Assembly (NCBI GenBank): GCA_044337105.1 | Contig: JBIIOE010000004.1 | Span: 3,172 to 67,171 of the forward strand | DNA from: Bdellovibrionota bacterium | GTDB lineage: Bacteria; Bdellovibrionota_C; UBA2361; OMII01 | Direction of reading: 5' to 3' | Length of the DNA: 64,000 nt | Shown: piece after piece, positions 46,588 to 56,376 of the stretch | Position numbering within the stretch: position 1 is the first letter of the stretch | How the letters are laid out: every line of letters starts with the position of its first letter | The notes under the pieces: generated by a model | Database searches by the model: none | Told to the model about the DNA's origin: nothing | Seen by the model: only the letters and a program-made list of their open reading frames with translations | Program-made: the position numbers and the translations under genes

Positions 46588-47840
46588 CAATAACTAAACG
46601 CACCACTTAGAATGCGTATGAAGTCTAAGTGGTTATGGCAGGCAAGAAATTAAAGAAAGAGCAGCGGAGCGAATTGTATCGATTGTGTCGCATGAGTCCG
46701 AAGATGAGCTACCGAGGGATCGCTCGAGAAATCGGGGTGAGTCATTCGACAGTAATCCGGGAGCTAAAGCGTAATAGCCATGTGATTGGCAGGCACGATG
46801 ACTATTACACTCAAGCCCAGAAGGCGCAGGAAGCAACTCACCACAGGAGAGTAGCTGCTAGCAAAAAGAAGATGCGCCTAAAGAGCGAAACGATTCGCTG
46901 GTATGCCGAGTTCCACCTAAAGCACGTGCAGTGGAGCCCAGAGACTATAGCTGGCAAGCTCACAAGTATGGGACTGCCGATATCTGCCGAAGCCATCTAC
47001 CAGTGGATTAATGCAGAGCGCCCTGACTTGAAATCGTCCCTGCTGATAGCGGGCAAGAGTAGGCGCAGAAGACGTGCTGTTGCAGTTTCCAGGATAAAAC
47101 CTCAGGCTGCTGCCCCTAAGCGTAGCATCGACTTCTATACCACCGAGGCAAAGGAGCGTCAGGAGATCGGACACCTTGAGATCGATGCAATGCACGGGAG
47201 GCGGGGAGGAAGGGTGGTTCAAATAAGATAGACCGTAAATCTCGAAAGATGTTTCTCGATTTCGCCTCGTCACTAGAAGCTAAACCGTATGCAGACCTGT
47301 GCTTAGAACGACTTAAACGGGATATAGCACCTGGGGTTATTCGAACACTACTTCAGGATAACGGCGCAGAGCACTCCGACCATGCTCGTTTAGAGCTCGC
47401 TCTAGGTGCTCAAGCCTTCTTCTGCCATCCGTACTGCGCATCGGAGCGCGGCACAGTTGAGAATCGCAACGGAGCGCTCAGGCGATTCCTTCCAAAGGGG
47501 AGCGATTTCGATAACATCTCCGAGGATTTCCTTCAGTGGGTCGAGAACTACTTTAACAATCGACCGATGAAGGTGCTTGGATTTAAAACGCCGAATCAAG
47601 TCTGGGAAGAGGGCTTGAAGTTAGCTGCTTAATTTTTGGCGAATTCAAAAACACAAAAAATCAAAGCGCGGCTCGCACTACTGGACTTATCCACAGGGGG
47701 AGCTTCGCTTGAGCTCCACCCTGACGGGCTCCGCTCAGCTCCCCCTATGGATAAGTCTGCCTCTGTACCTACCGACGTAACAGCACCGATCGCCAAGACT
47801 ACTCCATACCTATAGAGATGCGTGGTGCGTTAAGTTATTG
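46588..47840 (+). mobile_element. IS30-family insertion sequence (1253 bp)
   Basis: The terminal inverted repeats are CAATAACTAAACGCACCAC (46588-46606) and the reverse complement of 47822-47840 (CAATAACTTAACGCACCAC), an 18/19 match. They enclose an IS30-type transposase gene. Confidence 0.85.
46629..47632 (+). pseudogene. IS30-family transposase interrupted by one frameshift near 47215-47225
   Basis: The N-terminal HTH is SYRGIAREIGVSHSTVIRELKRN and the GHLEIDAMHG block ends in a stop at 47231. DRKSRKMF...NGAEHSDH...ERGTVENRNG...FNNRPMKVLGFKTP (DDE domain) continues in another frame. Confidence 0.8.
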
Positions 47841-47865
47841 CAGCTGCCCTTTGATTGAGCCCTGC

Positions 47866-48585
47866 TTACTCGGCTGATCCGCTGCGATTGCGCAGCGATT
47901 TCATCTCTGCCACCAATGGATTGTCTGAGTTATCCGGGATCTCCGTAGGCCAGGGGCGATCCTGCTGCTGCCGGAGCGATTTCCCCAGCTCAACTAGAGA
48001 CAAAAACACTGCCACGCTCCTTTCCCCCGGTCCTGCATCCGGAAGCTTTTGCGCATGCAGTTCTCCAGCCTCTTCATCTGTCATACTGAACGTAGCTTGC
48101 AAAGCTCTTAATCCCAGGATGGCATGCTTAAAATCAACGGAGAAAAGTCTGTGACTAGAATGCCGCGCGAAATTGATGAAGGCTTTTTGCTGAGCATGTT
48201 GTGGTGGGAGGACATATCCTCGGAATACAAGCTCAAGTTCATGATTTGTTAGCGCGATGGATTCACGCAGAGAGCGTAATGAATCAAGAGCGAGCAATAG
48301 CTCGCAATTCTGCCTTTCATGAGCGTAAGAAGTGATATCCCCGTAGATCCTGCTGTGCTCATCTTTGAACACAGTTCCACATAAGGTCACGAACTCCTCG
48401 GCGGTAACCTGATCACGCCTCTGAAGCACTGCGACGTTTGAGTCAAACCGCTCCTGACGGAAGTGGTCCCAGCTATCTGTCCTACGGATGGCCATAAGCA
48501 GCATAACACGCTGCCGCTCATACGTATCCGGCGCCGGAGTTGAGGGCTGATTCGTCTGGCTTTTTTCTACTTTAGGCTCTGTCAT
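47866..48585 (-). CDS. Hypothetical protein (about 240 aa)
   Basis: ATG 48585 is preceded by AGGAG, whereas the track ORF begins at an upstream TTG. No recognisable domain. The stop lies 26 bp from the IS30 end. Confidence 0.5.
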   Translation of the reverse strand: MTEPKVEKSQTNQPSTPAPDTYERQRVMLLMAIRRTDSWDHFRQERFDSNVAVLQRRDQVTAEEFVTLCGTVFKDEHSRIYGDITSYAHERQNCELLLALDSLRSLRESIALTNHELELVFRGYVLPPQHAQQKAFINFARHSSHRLFSVDFKHAILGLRALQATFSMTDEEAGELHAQKLPDAGPGERSVAVFLSLVELGKSLRQQQDRPWPTEIPDNSDNPLVAEMKSLRNRSGSAE

Positions 48586-49405
48586 GGCATCTCCTGTATT
48601 CACTTGCTTCGTCAAGACGCGAGGCAACACCTCCTCGTCGCGAGAAAGTGGAGGTTTGGTTGATATTCGATCTTCGTGATGTCGAAAAACCGCAGGTATA
48701 TCAGCTGAGATACACAGAGGTTTTTCCACATCGCTAAAATCGGAGAGCAAACCAAGCTCCGCTTTCGTAGCCGAGAGGGGGCTTCCCCGACTCTCCTAGG
48801 TTACATCAAGGCTTCTGGCTAAGGAAATGAGCCCCACCACTGCTATGCGTCGAAACACAGGAGCTGTCGTCCCATGTCGAAAGCCGTGCACAGTCGATGC
48901 GAGTAACCGACTGGGATACTTGCCCGCTGAGAAGTTCCTTGCTGTCTTAAACTGTCTGTACCGGCATGTTACGCACGCAGCTTTTATCCGCCTCACAGAG
49001 GAGCATTGGTTGGCTTCCCTGGGCATTAGTTAGAGAGGGTGCTACCAAATAGCTCGCGTGTGAGCTGGTCTTCACCTTCTATTCAAGCAAGAACCCTGCG
49101 CGGACCGCTCTTCCAGGGAGGCCTTCCTCACGAAAGATGTGTGTGAACTGCAACCCCTCACGGAACCTCGTACAAGACGTTTTTTTCGGTGCACAACGAT
49201 TCGGTGGATCTCAAGATAGTCGAACGTGGCTCTCCTGGCTCCCTTAGGCTCGGAAGACCCGAAAAGATATGCTCCTCGATTGCGCTGAGCCGCCCCAGCG
49301 GATATTTTCGGTCAGAGACTTCCGTCCGAGCACGCACAATCGAGTGATCTCCTTTGAGTCGTGCAGAAAGAGAGAGGGGGAGTGCAGCAACAGGAAAGTG
49401 TGCGT

Positions 49406-50287
49406 ATGAAAGGAATAATTCTAGCCGGTGGGTCGGGCACGCGTCTTCACCCAGTCACTTTGGCCGTGAGCAAGCAGCTCCTTCCGATTTACGACAAGCC
49501 GATGATCTATTATCCGCTCTCGAGCCTTCTATTGGCGGGTATTAGGGAGGTGCTCATTATCTCCACCCCGCAGGATCGGCCGGCGTTTGAGCGGCTCTTG
49601 GGAGACGGCTCAAAATTGGGTGTTGCGTTTAGCTATGCGGAGCAGCCGAGCCCAGACGGACTAGCACAAGCCTTTATCATCGGACGGGACTTCATCGGCA
49701 ACGATCGAGTCGCCCTCGCTCTAGGTGACAACATATTCTTTGGGCACGGGTTTCCTGATCTCCTGCGAGATGCTGCAGCACAACAAAGTGGCGCAACGGT
49801 CTTTGGATATAGGGTTCGTGACCCAGAACGCTATGGAGTGGTTGAATTCGACGCGCAGGGAAAGGCTACCAATCTCGTTGAAAAGCCTACTCATCCGAAG
49901 TCTTCGTATGCAGTCACAGGTCTTTACTTCTACGATAACCAGGTCGTTGAGATTGCTCAGAACTTAAAGCCCTCTCCGCGTGGGGAGCTCGAGATTACTG
50001 ACGTGAATCTTGAGTACCTTCGCCGGGAGCAGCTCAACGTGCGGATCATGGGACGTGGAATGGCATGGCTTGATACGGGAACCCACGAATCGCTCTTACA
50101 TGCGTGTAACTTCATCGAGACTCTTCAGGAGCGCCAGGGTCTTATGGTTGCTTGTATTGAGGAGATAGCCTTTAACATGGGCTACATCAGCGCAGCACAG
50201 CTCGAGCAGTTGGCTGAAGGAATCAAGAAAAGCTCATACGGGCAGTACTTGCTAGCAGTGCTGAAGGAGCACGGCACGGTACGATAG
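49406..50287 (+). CDS. rfbA: Glucose-1-phosphate thymidylyltransferase
   Basis: [36 protein letters not shown] is the canonical RmlA N-terminus. EITDVN lies in the C-terminal half. Confidence 0.92.
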   Translation: MKGIILAGGSGTRLHPVTLAVSKQLLPIYDKPMIYYPLSSLLLAGIREVLIISTPQDRPAFERLLGDGSKLGVAFSYAEQPSPDGLAQAFIIGRDFIGNDRVALALGDNIFFGHGFPDLLRDAAAQQSGATVFGYRVRDPERYGVVEFDAQGKATNLVEKPTHPKSSYAVTGLYFYDNQVVEIAQNLKPSPRGELEITDVNLEYLRREQLNVRIMGRGMAWLDTGTHESLLHACNFIETLQERQGLMVACIEEIAFNMGYISAAQLEQLAEGIKKSSYGQYLLAVLKEHGTVR

Positions 50288-50341
50288 CGAGCACTGTACG
50301 ATAGCGAGCACTGTACGATAGCGAGCACGGTACGATAGCGA
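50274..50341 (+). repeat. 17-bp tandem repeat x4 (GCACKGTACGATAGCGA)
   Basis: Units are at 50274, 50291, 50308 and 50325. The rfbA stop codon TAG (50285-50287) lies in the first unit. Confidence 0.95.
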
Positions 50342-50603
50342 GATGGAGCAAAGAGCTCGCTTCCGCGAGATCTCTCTGAGCGCTTAGTCCGCATCCGCTC
50401 AATTGCCAAAATCATACTGATCCTCTTCATGGCTCACTACTGTGAGGTAAGGAGGATCGTTATATGGCAAAAAACAGTGGGACACCGCATGGGACGGGCG
50501 CGGCTCAGCGAGCCTCGAAAAAAAGAGGGAAGAGCCGCTCGAAACTTCGAAGTGCAAAGCATACTCGGCGGCAGCTCAATACAGGAGGCTAGCGAAACGA
50601 GGA

Positions 50604-50634
50604 AAACCTCCCCCTTCTCGAGACGGGGAGGTTT
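50604..50634 (-). terminator. Probable intrinsic terminator downstream of typA
   Basis: A 10-bp stem AAACCTCCCC/GGGGAGGTTT with an 11-nt loop. On the minus strand it is followed by TTCCTCGTTTCG (an interrupted U-tract), about 20 nt after the typA stop. Confidence 0.5.
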
Positions 50635-50655
50635 CGCCTAGCTTCCTTCGTAGCC

Positions 50656-52473
50656 TTAATATGATCGCTTGTTTGCCTGTAGAACTGTTTTGCGCAAACG
50701 AATCGACTTAGGCGTAACTTCTACTAGCTCATCGTCACGAATGAACTCGATCGCTTTCTCGAGCGTCATCGGTACCACGGGTGAAAGGATGATGTTCTCA
50801 TCCTTACCTGCGGCGCGAATGTTCGTGAGCTTCTTCTCGCGGCAGATATTCACATTGAGATCGTTGTCGCGGTTGTGCTCTCCTACGATCATCCCTTCAT
50901 ACACTGGGTCTCCAGGCTGAACGAAGAGATTGCCTCGTGGTTGAAGGTGGAAGATTGCGTAAGGGATCGCCTCACCTTGCCGATCGGCGGTGAGCGAGCC
51001 AGTTGTTCGCGAAATGAACTCGCCTTTATAAAGCTCGTATCCTTTGAGATACGAGTTCATTATTCCGGTTCCTCTTGTGTCGGTAAGGAACTCATTGCGA
51101 TATCCGATCAATCCTCGTGAGGGGATGTCGAATTCCAACCGTACGCGTCCCGAGCCGTGGTTCACCATATTCACCATCTTTCCGCGTCGAATCGCGAGTT
51201 TTTCGGTGAGTACGCCAATGTACTGCTCGTCGCAGTCGATCAGGAGATGCTCGATAGGCTCGTGCTTCTCACCGTCGACAGTCTTGAAGATGATCTGAGG
51301 ACGCCCGACAGTGAGCTCGAATCCCTCACGGCGCATCGTTTCGATCAGGATGGCCATCTGGAACTCACCTCGGCCGCGCACGATGACGCTCTCGTCCTCT
51401 TTTGAGTCTTCGATCTTGAGAGCGACATTGAACAGAGCCTCTTTGTAGAGGCGGTCCTTGATCTTTTGTGGCTGAACGAGCTTTCCTTCCTTACCGGAGT
51501 ACGGCGAGGTGTTGGCCATGAATTTCATGGAGATGGTTGGCTCGTCTACCGAGATGCGCGGTAGCGGCTCGGGTGCCTCGACCGTACATATCGTATCACC
51601 GATAGCCACTTCCTCGATGCCTGACAGGATGATGATCTCTCCTGGCTCCGCCTGCTCTACCTCCTCAAAGGAGATTCCCTGGTACACCTGGAGCTTGGTT
51701 ACTCGCAGCGGCTCAGCCTTTCCGCTCTCACCGATTCGAGCGAGGCGCTCGTTTTTGCGTGCCTTGCCGTTGAACACGCGTCCGATTGCAAGCCTTCCGA
51801 GATAATCAGAATACGAGAGGTTGGAAACGAGCATCTGAAAAGGCCTGTCGGGATCGTAGGATGGTCCCGGAACAGTCTTTACGATCTCGTCGAAGAGCGG
51901 AGCAAGGCTCGTTCCCCGCTCGTCGAGTGAGGTTTGAGCGATACCATCGCGGCCGATAGCGTAAAGCAGCGGGAAATCGAGCTGGTCTTCAGTGGCATCG
52001 AGGTCGATGAAGAGGTCGTACACCTCGTTCAAAACTTCCTGCGGACGAGCGTCGTGACGGTCGATCTTGTTGATTACGACGATAATCGCGAGCTTCGCCT
52101 CTAAGGCTTTCTTGAGTACGAAGCGAGTTTGGGGCAGGGGGCCTTCGGATGCATCCACCAGTAGGATAGCTCCATCGACCATCATCATCGCGCGCTCTAC
52201 CTCGCCGCCGAAGTCGGCATGGCCTGGGGTGTCGAGGATGTTGATCTTGACGTCCTTCCATCCGACTGAGCAGTTCTTGGCGGAGATGGTGATACCGCGC
52301 TCGCGCTCGAGGTCCATGCTGTCCATCACTCGGTCTGCCACGTCCTGGTTGGCCCGGAAGAGGCCGCTTTGACGGAAGAGGTGGTCAACAAGGGTTGTTT
52401 TGCCATGATCGACGTGAGCGATGATGGCGATGTTGCGAATATTGGGGTTAGTAGATGTGTTTTTCGAAGTCAT
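50656..52473 (-). CDS. typA: Translational GTPase TypA/BipA
   Basis: [31 protein letters not shown] and NKIDR are the GTPase motifs, and the EF-G-like domains are collinear with BipA. ATG 52473 is preferred over the long track ORF. Confidence 0.92.
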   Translation of the reverse strand: MTSKNTSTNPNIRNIAIIAHVDHGKTTLVDHLFRQSGLFRANQDVADRVMDSMDLERERGITISAKNCSVGWKDVKINILDTPGHADFGGEVERAMMMVDGAILLVDASEGPLPQTRFVLKKALEAKLAIIVVINKIDRHDARPQEVLNEVYDLFIDLDATEDQLDFPLLYAIGRDGIAQTSLDERGTSLAPLFDEIVKTVPGPSYDPDRPFQMLVSNLSYSDYLGRLAIGRVFNGKARKNERLARIGESGKAEPLRVTKLQVYQGISFEEVEQAEPGEIIILSGIEEVAIGDTICTVEAPEPLPRISVDEPTISMKFMANTSPYSGKEGKLVQPQKIKDRLYKEALFNVALKIEDSKEDESVIVRGRGEFQMAILIETMRREGFELTVGRPQIIFKTVDGEKHEPIEHLLIDCDEQYIGVLTEKLAIRRGKMVNMVNHGSGRVRLEFDIPSRGLIGYRNEFLTDTRGTGIMNSYLKGYELYKGEFISRTTGSLTADRQGEAIPYAIFHLQPRGNLFVQPGDPVYEGMIVGEHNRDNDLNVNICREKKLTNIRAAGKDENIILSPVVPMTLEKAIEFIRDDELVEVTPKSIRLRKTVLQANKRSY

Positions 52474-52747
52474 GCGGCCGGGATGGTAACGTGACCAGCG
52501 TTTTTGTTCAATCAGACGGGGCGTTTTAAGGCTGAAAACGCCCTTTGATTCGAGAGTTTTCTGATAAAACTGTTTCATTCGCAGCAAAAATGGGCCCCGA
52601 GCGGCTCTTTCCAGTTGCCGAACCACCGTATCGGGTCGATAACGTGCTCTGTAGCCGGCTTGAGTATGCTCTTGTGCTGACCTGCCGTGCTAACCCTCCA
52701 GGTACATCAAGGTGAGCCATCGGGGCTCGCGGTCTAGTAAGGGTTGT

Positions 52748-53971
52748 ATGAGTAAAGACTCTTTCAAATCAGACGCAGCCCTTCCTGTCAGCATCATCGC
52801 CGCTATGTGCGTTGGGGCAGTTGTCGGGGTGGCGCTCGGCCCACACGCCACCCCCCTGGGAGTATTCGGGAAGCTCTTCGTGCAGCTCATCAAGATGATG
52901 GCGATACCGCTCGTATTCTTCTCGATCCTCGAGGCGCTAGTGGCTACCTCCATATCGTGGAAGAGCGCTGGAAAACTGCTCATCGTCGTAGCGATCAACT
53001 CGACCTGTGCACTACTGATCGGATTGACCCTCTCTAATCTGATTGAGCCCGGGAAGGGCTTCATAGTAGAGAGCGACTCAGCAAGCGAACCGATAGTAGC
53101 AGTGAAGGAGTTCGACCTGCACACCGCCCTCAATACGATTGTCCCGTCGAGCATCTTGCAGCCATTCGTCGAAAATAACGTCATCTCGGTCGTGCTGCTC
53201 GCGTTGCTGATAGGAGGTGCGGTTCGACGGCATCTGCATACCCCCACAGCGGATTATGCAGTCGGGCAATTCGAGAAGATGATAGGCACGGTATTGGCGG
53301 TGTGGAGTATTGTGCTGAATTGGCTCGTGCGCCTTGTTCCGATCGCCGTATTCTGTGTTACAGCTCGCACCGTGGGAGAATATGGGTTCGCACCCTTTCG
53401 AGGGCTCGCCTGGTACGTCGGATTGGCGCTCTGCGGCTTGCTGATCCACGTTGCTATTGTCTATCCGGTCTGGCTGCGAATCGTGGCGGGAATGTCGCTC
53501 CGCCAATTCTGGAAGCATGCAAAACGTCCCGTCGTATATGCCTTTGGCACCAACTCAAGCTTGGCCACTCTGCCATTGACTCTTAACGCCCTCGATGATC
53601 TCCGTGTGCCGAAGTCTGCGTCACGGCTTGGGGCCTGCATCGGAACGAACCTCAATAACGACGGAATAATCTTGTACGAAGCGATGGCCGTGCTCTTCGT
53701 TGCACAAGCGTACGGTATCGAAATGTCTGTCGCTCAACAGATAACGACAGCGCTCTTGAGCCTCGCCGCAGCGATCGGTGTCGCTGGAATCCCGGAAGCT
53801 GGGGTAATCTCATTGTCCCTCGTCCTGACCGCCGCCGGATTGCCCCTCGAGATCTTGCCTATGTTGTTGACGGTTGACTGGATCATCGCTCGAGCGCGAT
53901 CGATCACGAACGTTTTGAGCGATATGACGGTGTCGATCGGGATCGCCTCTTTGGAAGGTCGAAGACAATAG
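52748..53971 (+). CDS. Dicarboxylate/amino acid:cation symporter (DAACS family)
   Basis: Multi-TM protein with AIGVAGIPEAGVISL and NVLSD-type reentrant-loop motifs typical of GltP/SstT relatives. Confidence 0.8.
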   Translation: MSKDSFKSDAALPVSIIAAMCVGAVVGVALGPHATPLGVFGKLFVQLIKMMAIPLVFFSILEALVATSISWKSAGKLLIVVAINSTCALLIGLTLSNLIEPGKGFIVESDSASEPIVAVKEFDLHTALNTIVPSSILQPFVENNVISVVLLALLIGGAVRRHLHTPTADYAVGQFEKMIGTVLAVWSIVLNWLVRLVPIAVFCVTARTVGEYGFAPFRGLAWYVGLALCGLLIHVAIVYPVWLRIVAGMSLRQFWKHAKRPVVYAFGTNSSLATLPLTLNALDDLRVPKSASRLGACIGTNLNNDGIILYEAMAVLFVAQAYGIEMSVAQQITTALLSLAAAIGVAGIPEAGVISLSLVLTAAGLPLEILPMLLTVDWIIARARSITNVLSDMTVSIGIASLEGRRQ

Positions 53972-54039
53972 GGCGAAGGCTATCCACGAACTTATTGTAG
54001 CCAATGGCGCTCTGGTTCGGGTCTTGAAAACGCTGGCAG

Positions 54040-54290
54040 CAGATACATCAGAGACACCCCACCCACCACCAGATACTGCACCGGGGACCTGTTCTATTGG
54101 CAGAGCGCGTCAGGGCATGAAGTAGATCTTGTAATTGATCCGGGGGCCGTGCGTGATCCCAGTTGAGATAATCCCGTGGAAGAGTGCCATTCACGAGCCT
54201 CTGCTAGGGGCTTGATACGCCCGAGGGCAGCGGCGGTGGCATTCTCGGCGACGCGCGCTGGTTCACAAAGGAGCCGGAGTAGCTAAGCGG
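54040..54290 (+). pseudogene. Possible degraded C-terminal fragment of a second DUF4143-type ATPase gene
   Basis: One frame reads DLFYWQSASGHEVDLVIDPG, which resembles the conserved Y-W-R..G-x-E-V-D-x-V block of DUF4143 proteins. It is followed by stops and frameshifts, and there is no upstream ATPase part. Confidence 0.3.
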
Positions 54291-54322
54291 ATTCGACTTA
54301 TATCCACATCGCTCGCGTTGGA

Positions 54323-54775
54323 TTATTGCTCTCGGCGTCGTCGGATAGCCTTGAGGAAGGTAAGAAACTTCTTGAGCGACTCCTCCAGCATCTTTCGGAG
54401 GAAGGTGTTGTCGGCAAACTCCTCGTGCTGAGTAATCATATAATCGATAAAGCGTGTCTTTTGAGCAGACGACACATCGAAGATACTTACCTCTATTGAT
54501 GGTTTGGAATTGAGTAGTCGGAAGCTGATATACGGCAGGACGAGGTACAGATACGGTATGAGATCGTCCCCGGTAGCTTTGATACCTTCAGCTCTCAGCC
54601 AATCCGTGTACAGATCCTCAAGGTGGTCTCCCAACTCTCGTACGTTCGGTTCAAGCATCTCGGGTCTCCAATAGCGCCTGCGGTGTAAGTTTATGCTATC
54701 GAGATACCAGAATACGAGTTCGTGAGGATCAATCGGCTTCTCGGCTGGGTATCGGTTCAGGATCTCCTGATTCAT
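54323..54775 (-). CDS. Hypothetical protein (150 aa)
   Basis: A clean ORF with an ATG start and AGGAGGAG upstream. No recognisable family. Confidence 0.5.
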   Translation of the reverse strand: MNQEILNRYPAEKPIDPHELVFWYLDSINLHRRRYWRPEMLEPNVRELGDHLEDLYTDWLRAEGIKATGDDLIPYLYLVLPYISFRLLNSKPSIEVSIFDVSSAQKTRFIDYMITQHEEFADNTFLRKMLEESLKKFLTFLKAIRRRREQ

Positions 54776-54920
54776 GGTGCTCCTCCTGGTTGAATATGAG
54801 TCTCATGAAGTTAGTTCGGCGGAAGAGCTCGAAAGTTGCGCATCACCGTGAAATTTTAATTGTTAAAAAGCTCTGATGAATTTCGCAGATCAACCCAAGA
54901 GCCGCTTTCGTAGCAGGGAG

Positions 54921-55110
54921 GGGTTTTGCTTCGCCTCCCTAAGGAAGCGAGGCAAAACCTATGTTTCCTCGCACGTGAACGTGCTCGTGAACGTGAACGT
55001 ACCCGAAACAAAAACCTCAAGTTTTTCGGGTACGTTCACGTTTACGTGCACGTTCACGTGGTTATTTCAAAAGTGAGACTATGGGGTAGGTTTTGCCGCG
55101 CCTCCCTAAG
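54921..55110. repeat. Palindromic MITE-like element, copy 2 (inverted relative to copy 1) plus an extra terminal repeat at its left end
   Basis: 54938-55110 equals the reverse complement of 45371-45549, apart from one 6-bp (one hexamer unit) indel and roughly ten substitutions. 54921-54960 forms an additional terminal hairpin. Confidence 0.9.
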
Positions 55111-55137
55111 TGAGTTCCCTGCCTGCTTAGCCGAATG

Positions 55138-56364
55138 CTAATTAAGGTGCATGGAGGTTACGCAAAAGTCCCTGAAGGTATACCCCAGCATAGCAGCACC
55201 TAGGATCAGCCACGCTGAATTCACTTTGAATCTTAGCAACAACACGGCGCTGCTGATAGCAAGCAGGGTCGTGAGCGGATCGATCACAGCCGCTCTGCCA
55301 AGTTGCACAGTTACGGCAGCCATGAGAGCCAAAGAGGATGCATTTACGCCATCCAGAAATGCACCAGCTAGGGCGGATCGTCTGATGCGAGGGATGAGTG
55401 GCCCGGAGAGTGCAACAAATACGAAAGACGGCAGAAAAATAGCCACCGTTGCGATAAATGCAGATGTTGGACCTCCCAGTATATAACCGATAAAGGTCGC
55501 CGTCGTGAATACGGGCCCGGGAGTCACCTGGCCAACGGCTGCTGCATCTAAAAGTTGCACCTCCGTCAGCCAGCCCCATTTATCGACGAGGCTCCCACGC
55601 AGGAACGCCAGTAACACATACCCACTTCCGTAGAGCACTGAGCCGATCTTCAGAAAGAACACAAATAAGGTTGATGGCGCGAATGGAGCACCATCTGTCT
55701 GGCCCGGCAAATGCGAGGATAACGCCGCAGGGAGAACAAGTAGAGCGAGCGAGACCGCAATCATCAGCAGCAACGAGGTAAGCCGTGGTCTCTGCCCCAT
55801 TCGTGCAAGAGTTCCCCAGCGTACGAGCCCCGTTAGTAACCCAGCGCCGAAGAGGAGCGTGAGTTCGTCGAATCCAAGGAGTGCCAACCCGAACGACACT
55901 ACCGCGAGGCCCATCAGAAGGCGGTTCTTGAGAGCGCTTCCTGAAAGCATCCAGATCGCTTGTGCGACCACAGCGATGATGACCGGCTTCACAGCGTAGA
56001 GGATCCCAGAGATCTCGGGTAGCGAGCCGAAAGCCACATATCCCCACGCGATGAGCGATACGATCAAAGCTGCTGGAAGGATGAAGCACACGCCGGCGAG
56101 AAGAAGTCCCAGGTACCCACCCTTGAGGTAGCCGAGGTGGATCGCCATCTCCGTCGAGTTGGGACCTGGAATGAGGTTTGTTGCTCCAAGGAGATCGAGG
56201 AACTCAGCCTCTGACAGCCATTTGCGGCGGGTAACAACCTCCTCTCGCATGAGGGCGATGTGTGCGGCCGGGCCTCCAAAGGCGGTACATCCGAGTCGTA
56301 GAAAGAGTCGGCAGAGAGTGAGGAGCTCGGTTCCTTCGGGCCTGTGTGGCGAGTGCTGGGTCAT
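55138..56364 (-). CDS. chrA: Chromate transporter (CHR family)
   Basis: LGCTAFGGPAAHIALMREEVVTRRKWLSEAEFLDLLGATNLIPGPNSTEMA is the typical ChrA N-terminal repeat. The domain is duplicated. Confidence 0.85.
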   Translation of the reverse strand: MTQHSPHRPEGTELLTLCRLFLRLGCTAFGGPAAHIALMREEVVTRRKWLSEAEFLDLLGATNLIPGPNSTEMAIHLGYLKGGYLGLLLAGVCFILPAALIVSLIAWGYVAFGSLPEISGILYAVKPVIIAVVAQAIWMLSGSALKNRLLMGLAVVSFGLALLGFDELTLLFGAGLLTGLVRWGTLARMGQRPRLTSLLLMIAVSLALLVLPAALSSHLPGQTDGAPFAPSTLFVFFLKIGSVLYGSGYVLLAFLRGSLVDKWGWLTEVQLLDAAAVGQVTPGPVFTTATFIGYILGGPTSAFIATVAIFLPSFVFVALSGPLIPRIRRSALAGAFLDGVNASSLALMAAVTVQLGRAAVIDPLTTLLAISSAVLLLRFKVNSAWLILGAAMLGYTFRDFCVTSMHLN

Positions 56365-56376
56365 GCGATAAGCCTA

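Noticed and set aside
46291-46590. 99-aa minus-strand ORF starting inside the IS30 left inverted repeat
   Set aside because: Its start codon is provided by the IS end. There is no continuation on the other side of the IS that would indicate a disrupted gene, and no recognisable motif. A second ORF (46194-46493) overlaps it in another frame.
47687-47695. Perfect DnaA-box consensus TTATCCACA
   Set aside because: It is a single site plus one variant on the opposite hairpin arm, inside an insertion sequence. It has no cluster, no AT-rich unwinding element and no dnaA/dnaN nearby, so I do not consider it an oriC.
52518-52543. Hairpin GGGCGTTTT-aaggctg-AAAACGCCC followed by TTTGATT in the typA / transporter divergent spacer
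   Set aside because: It looks like a plus-strand terminator, but no plus-strand gene ends upstream of it. It may be a 5' UTR structure of typA. The evidence is insufficient to call a feature.
50656-52626. Long N-terminal extensions in the ORF track (typA 52474-52626; also argS, rfbA, ogt-like, CysQ-like, ankyrin, DUF72, DAACS, M20 hydrolase and the 19974-20150 extension)
   Set aside because: The extensions start at non-ATG codons, are not part of the conserved family N-termini, and often overlap neighbouring genes or regulatory DNA. Internal ATG codons that give canonical N-termini were preferred.
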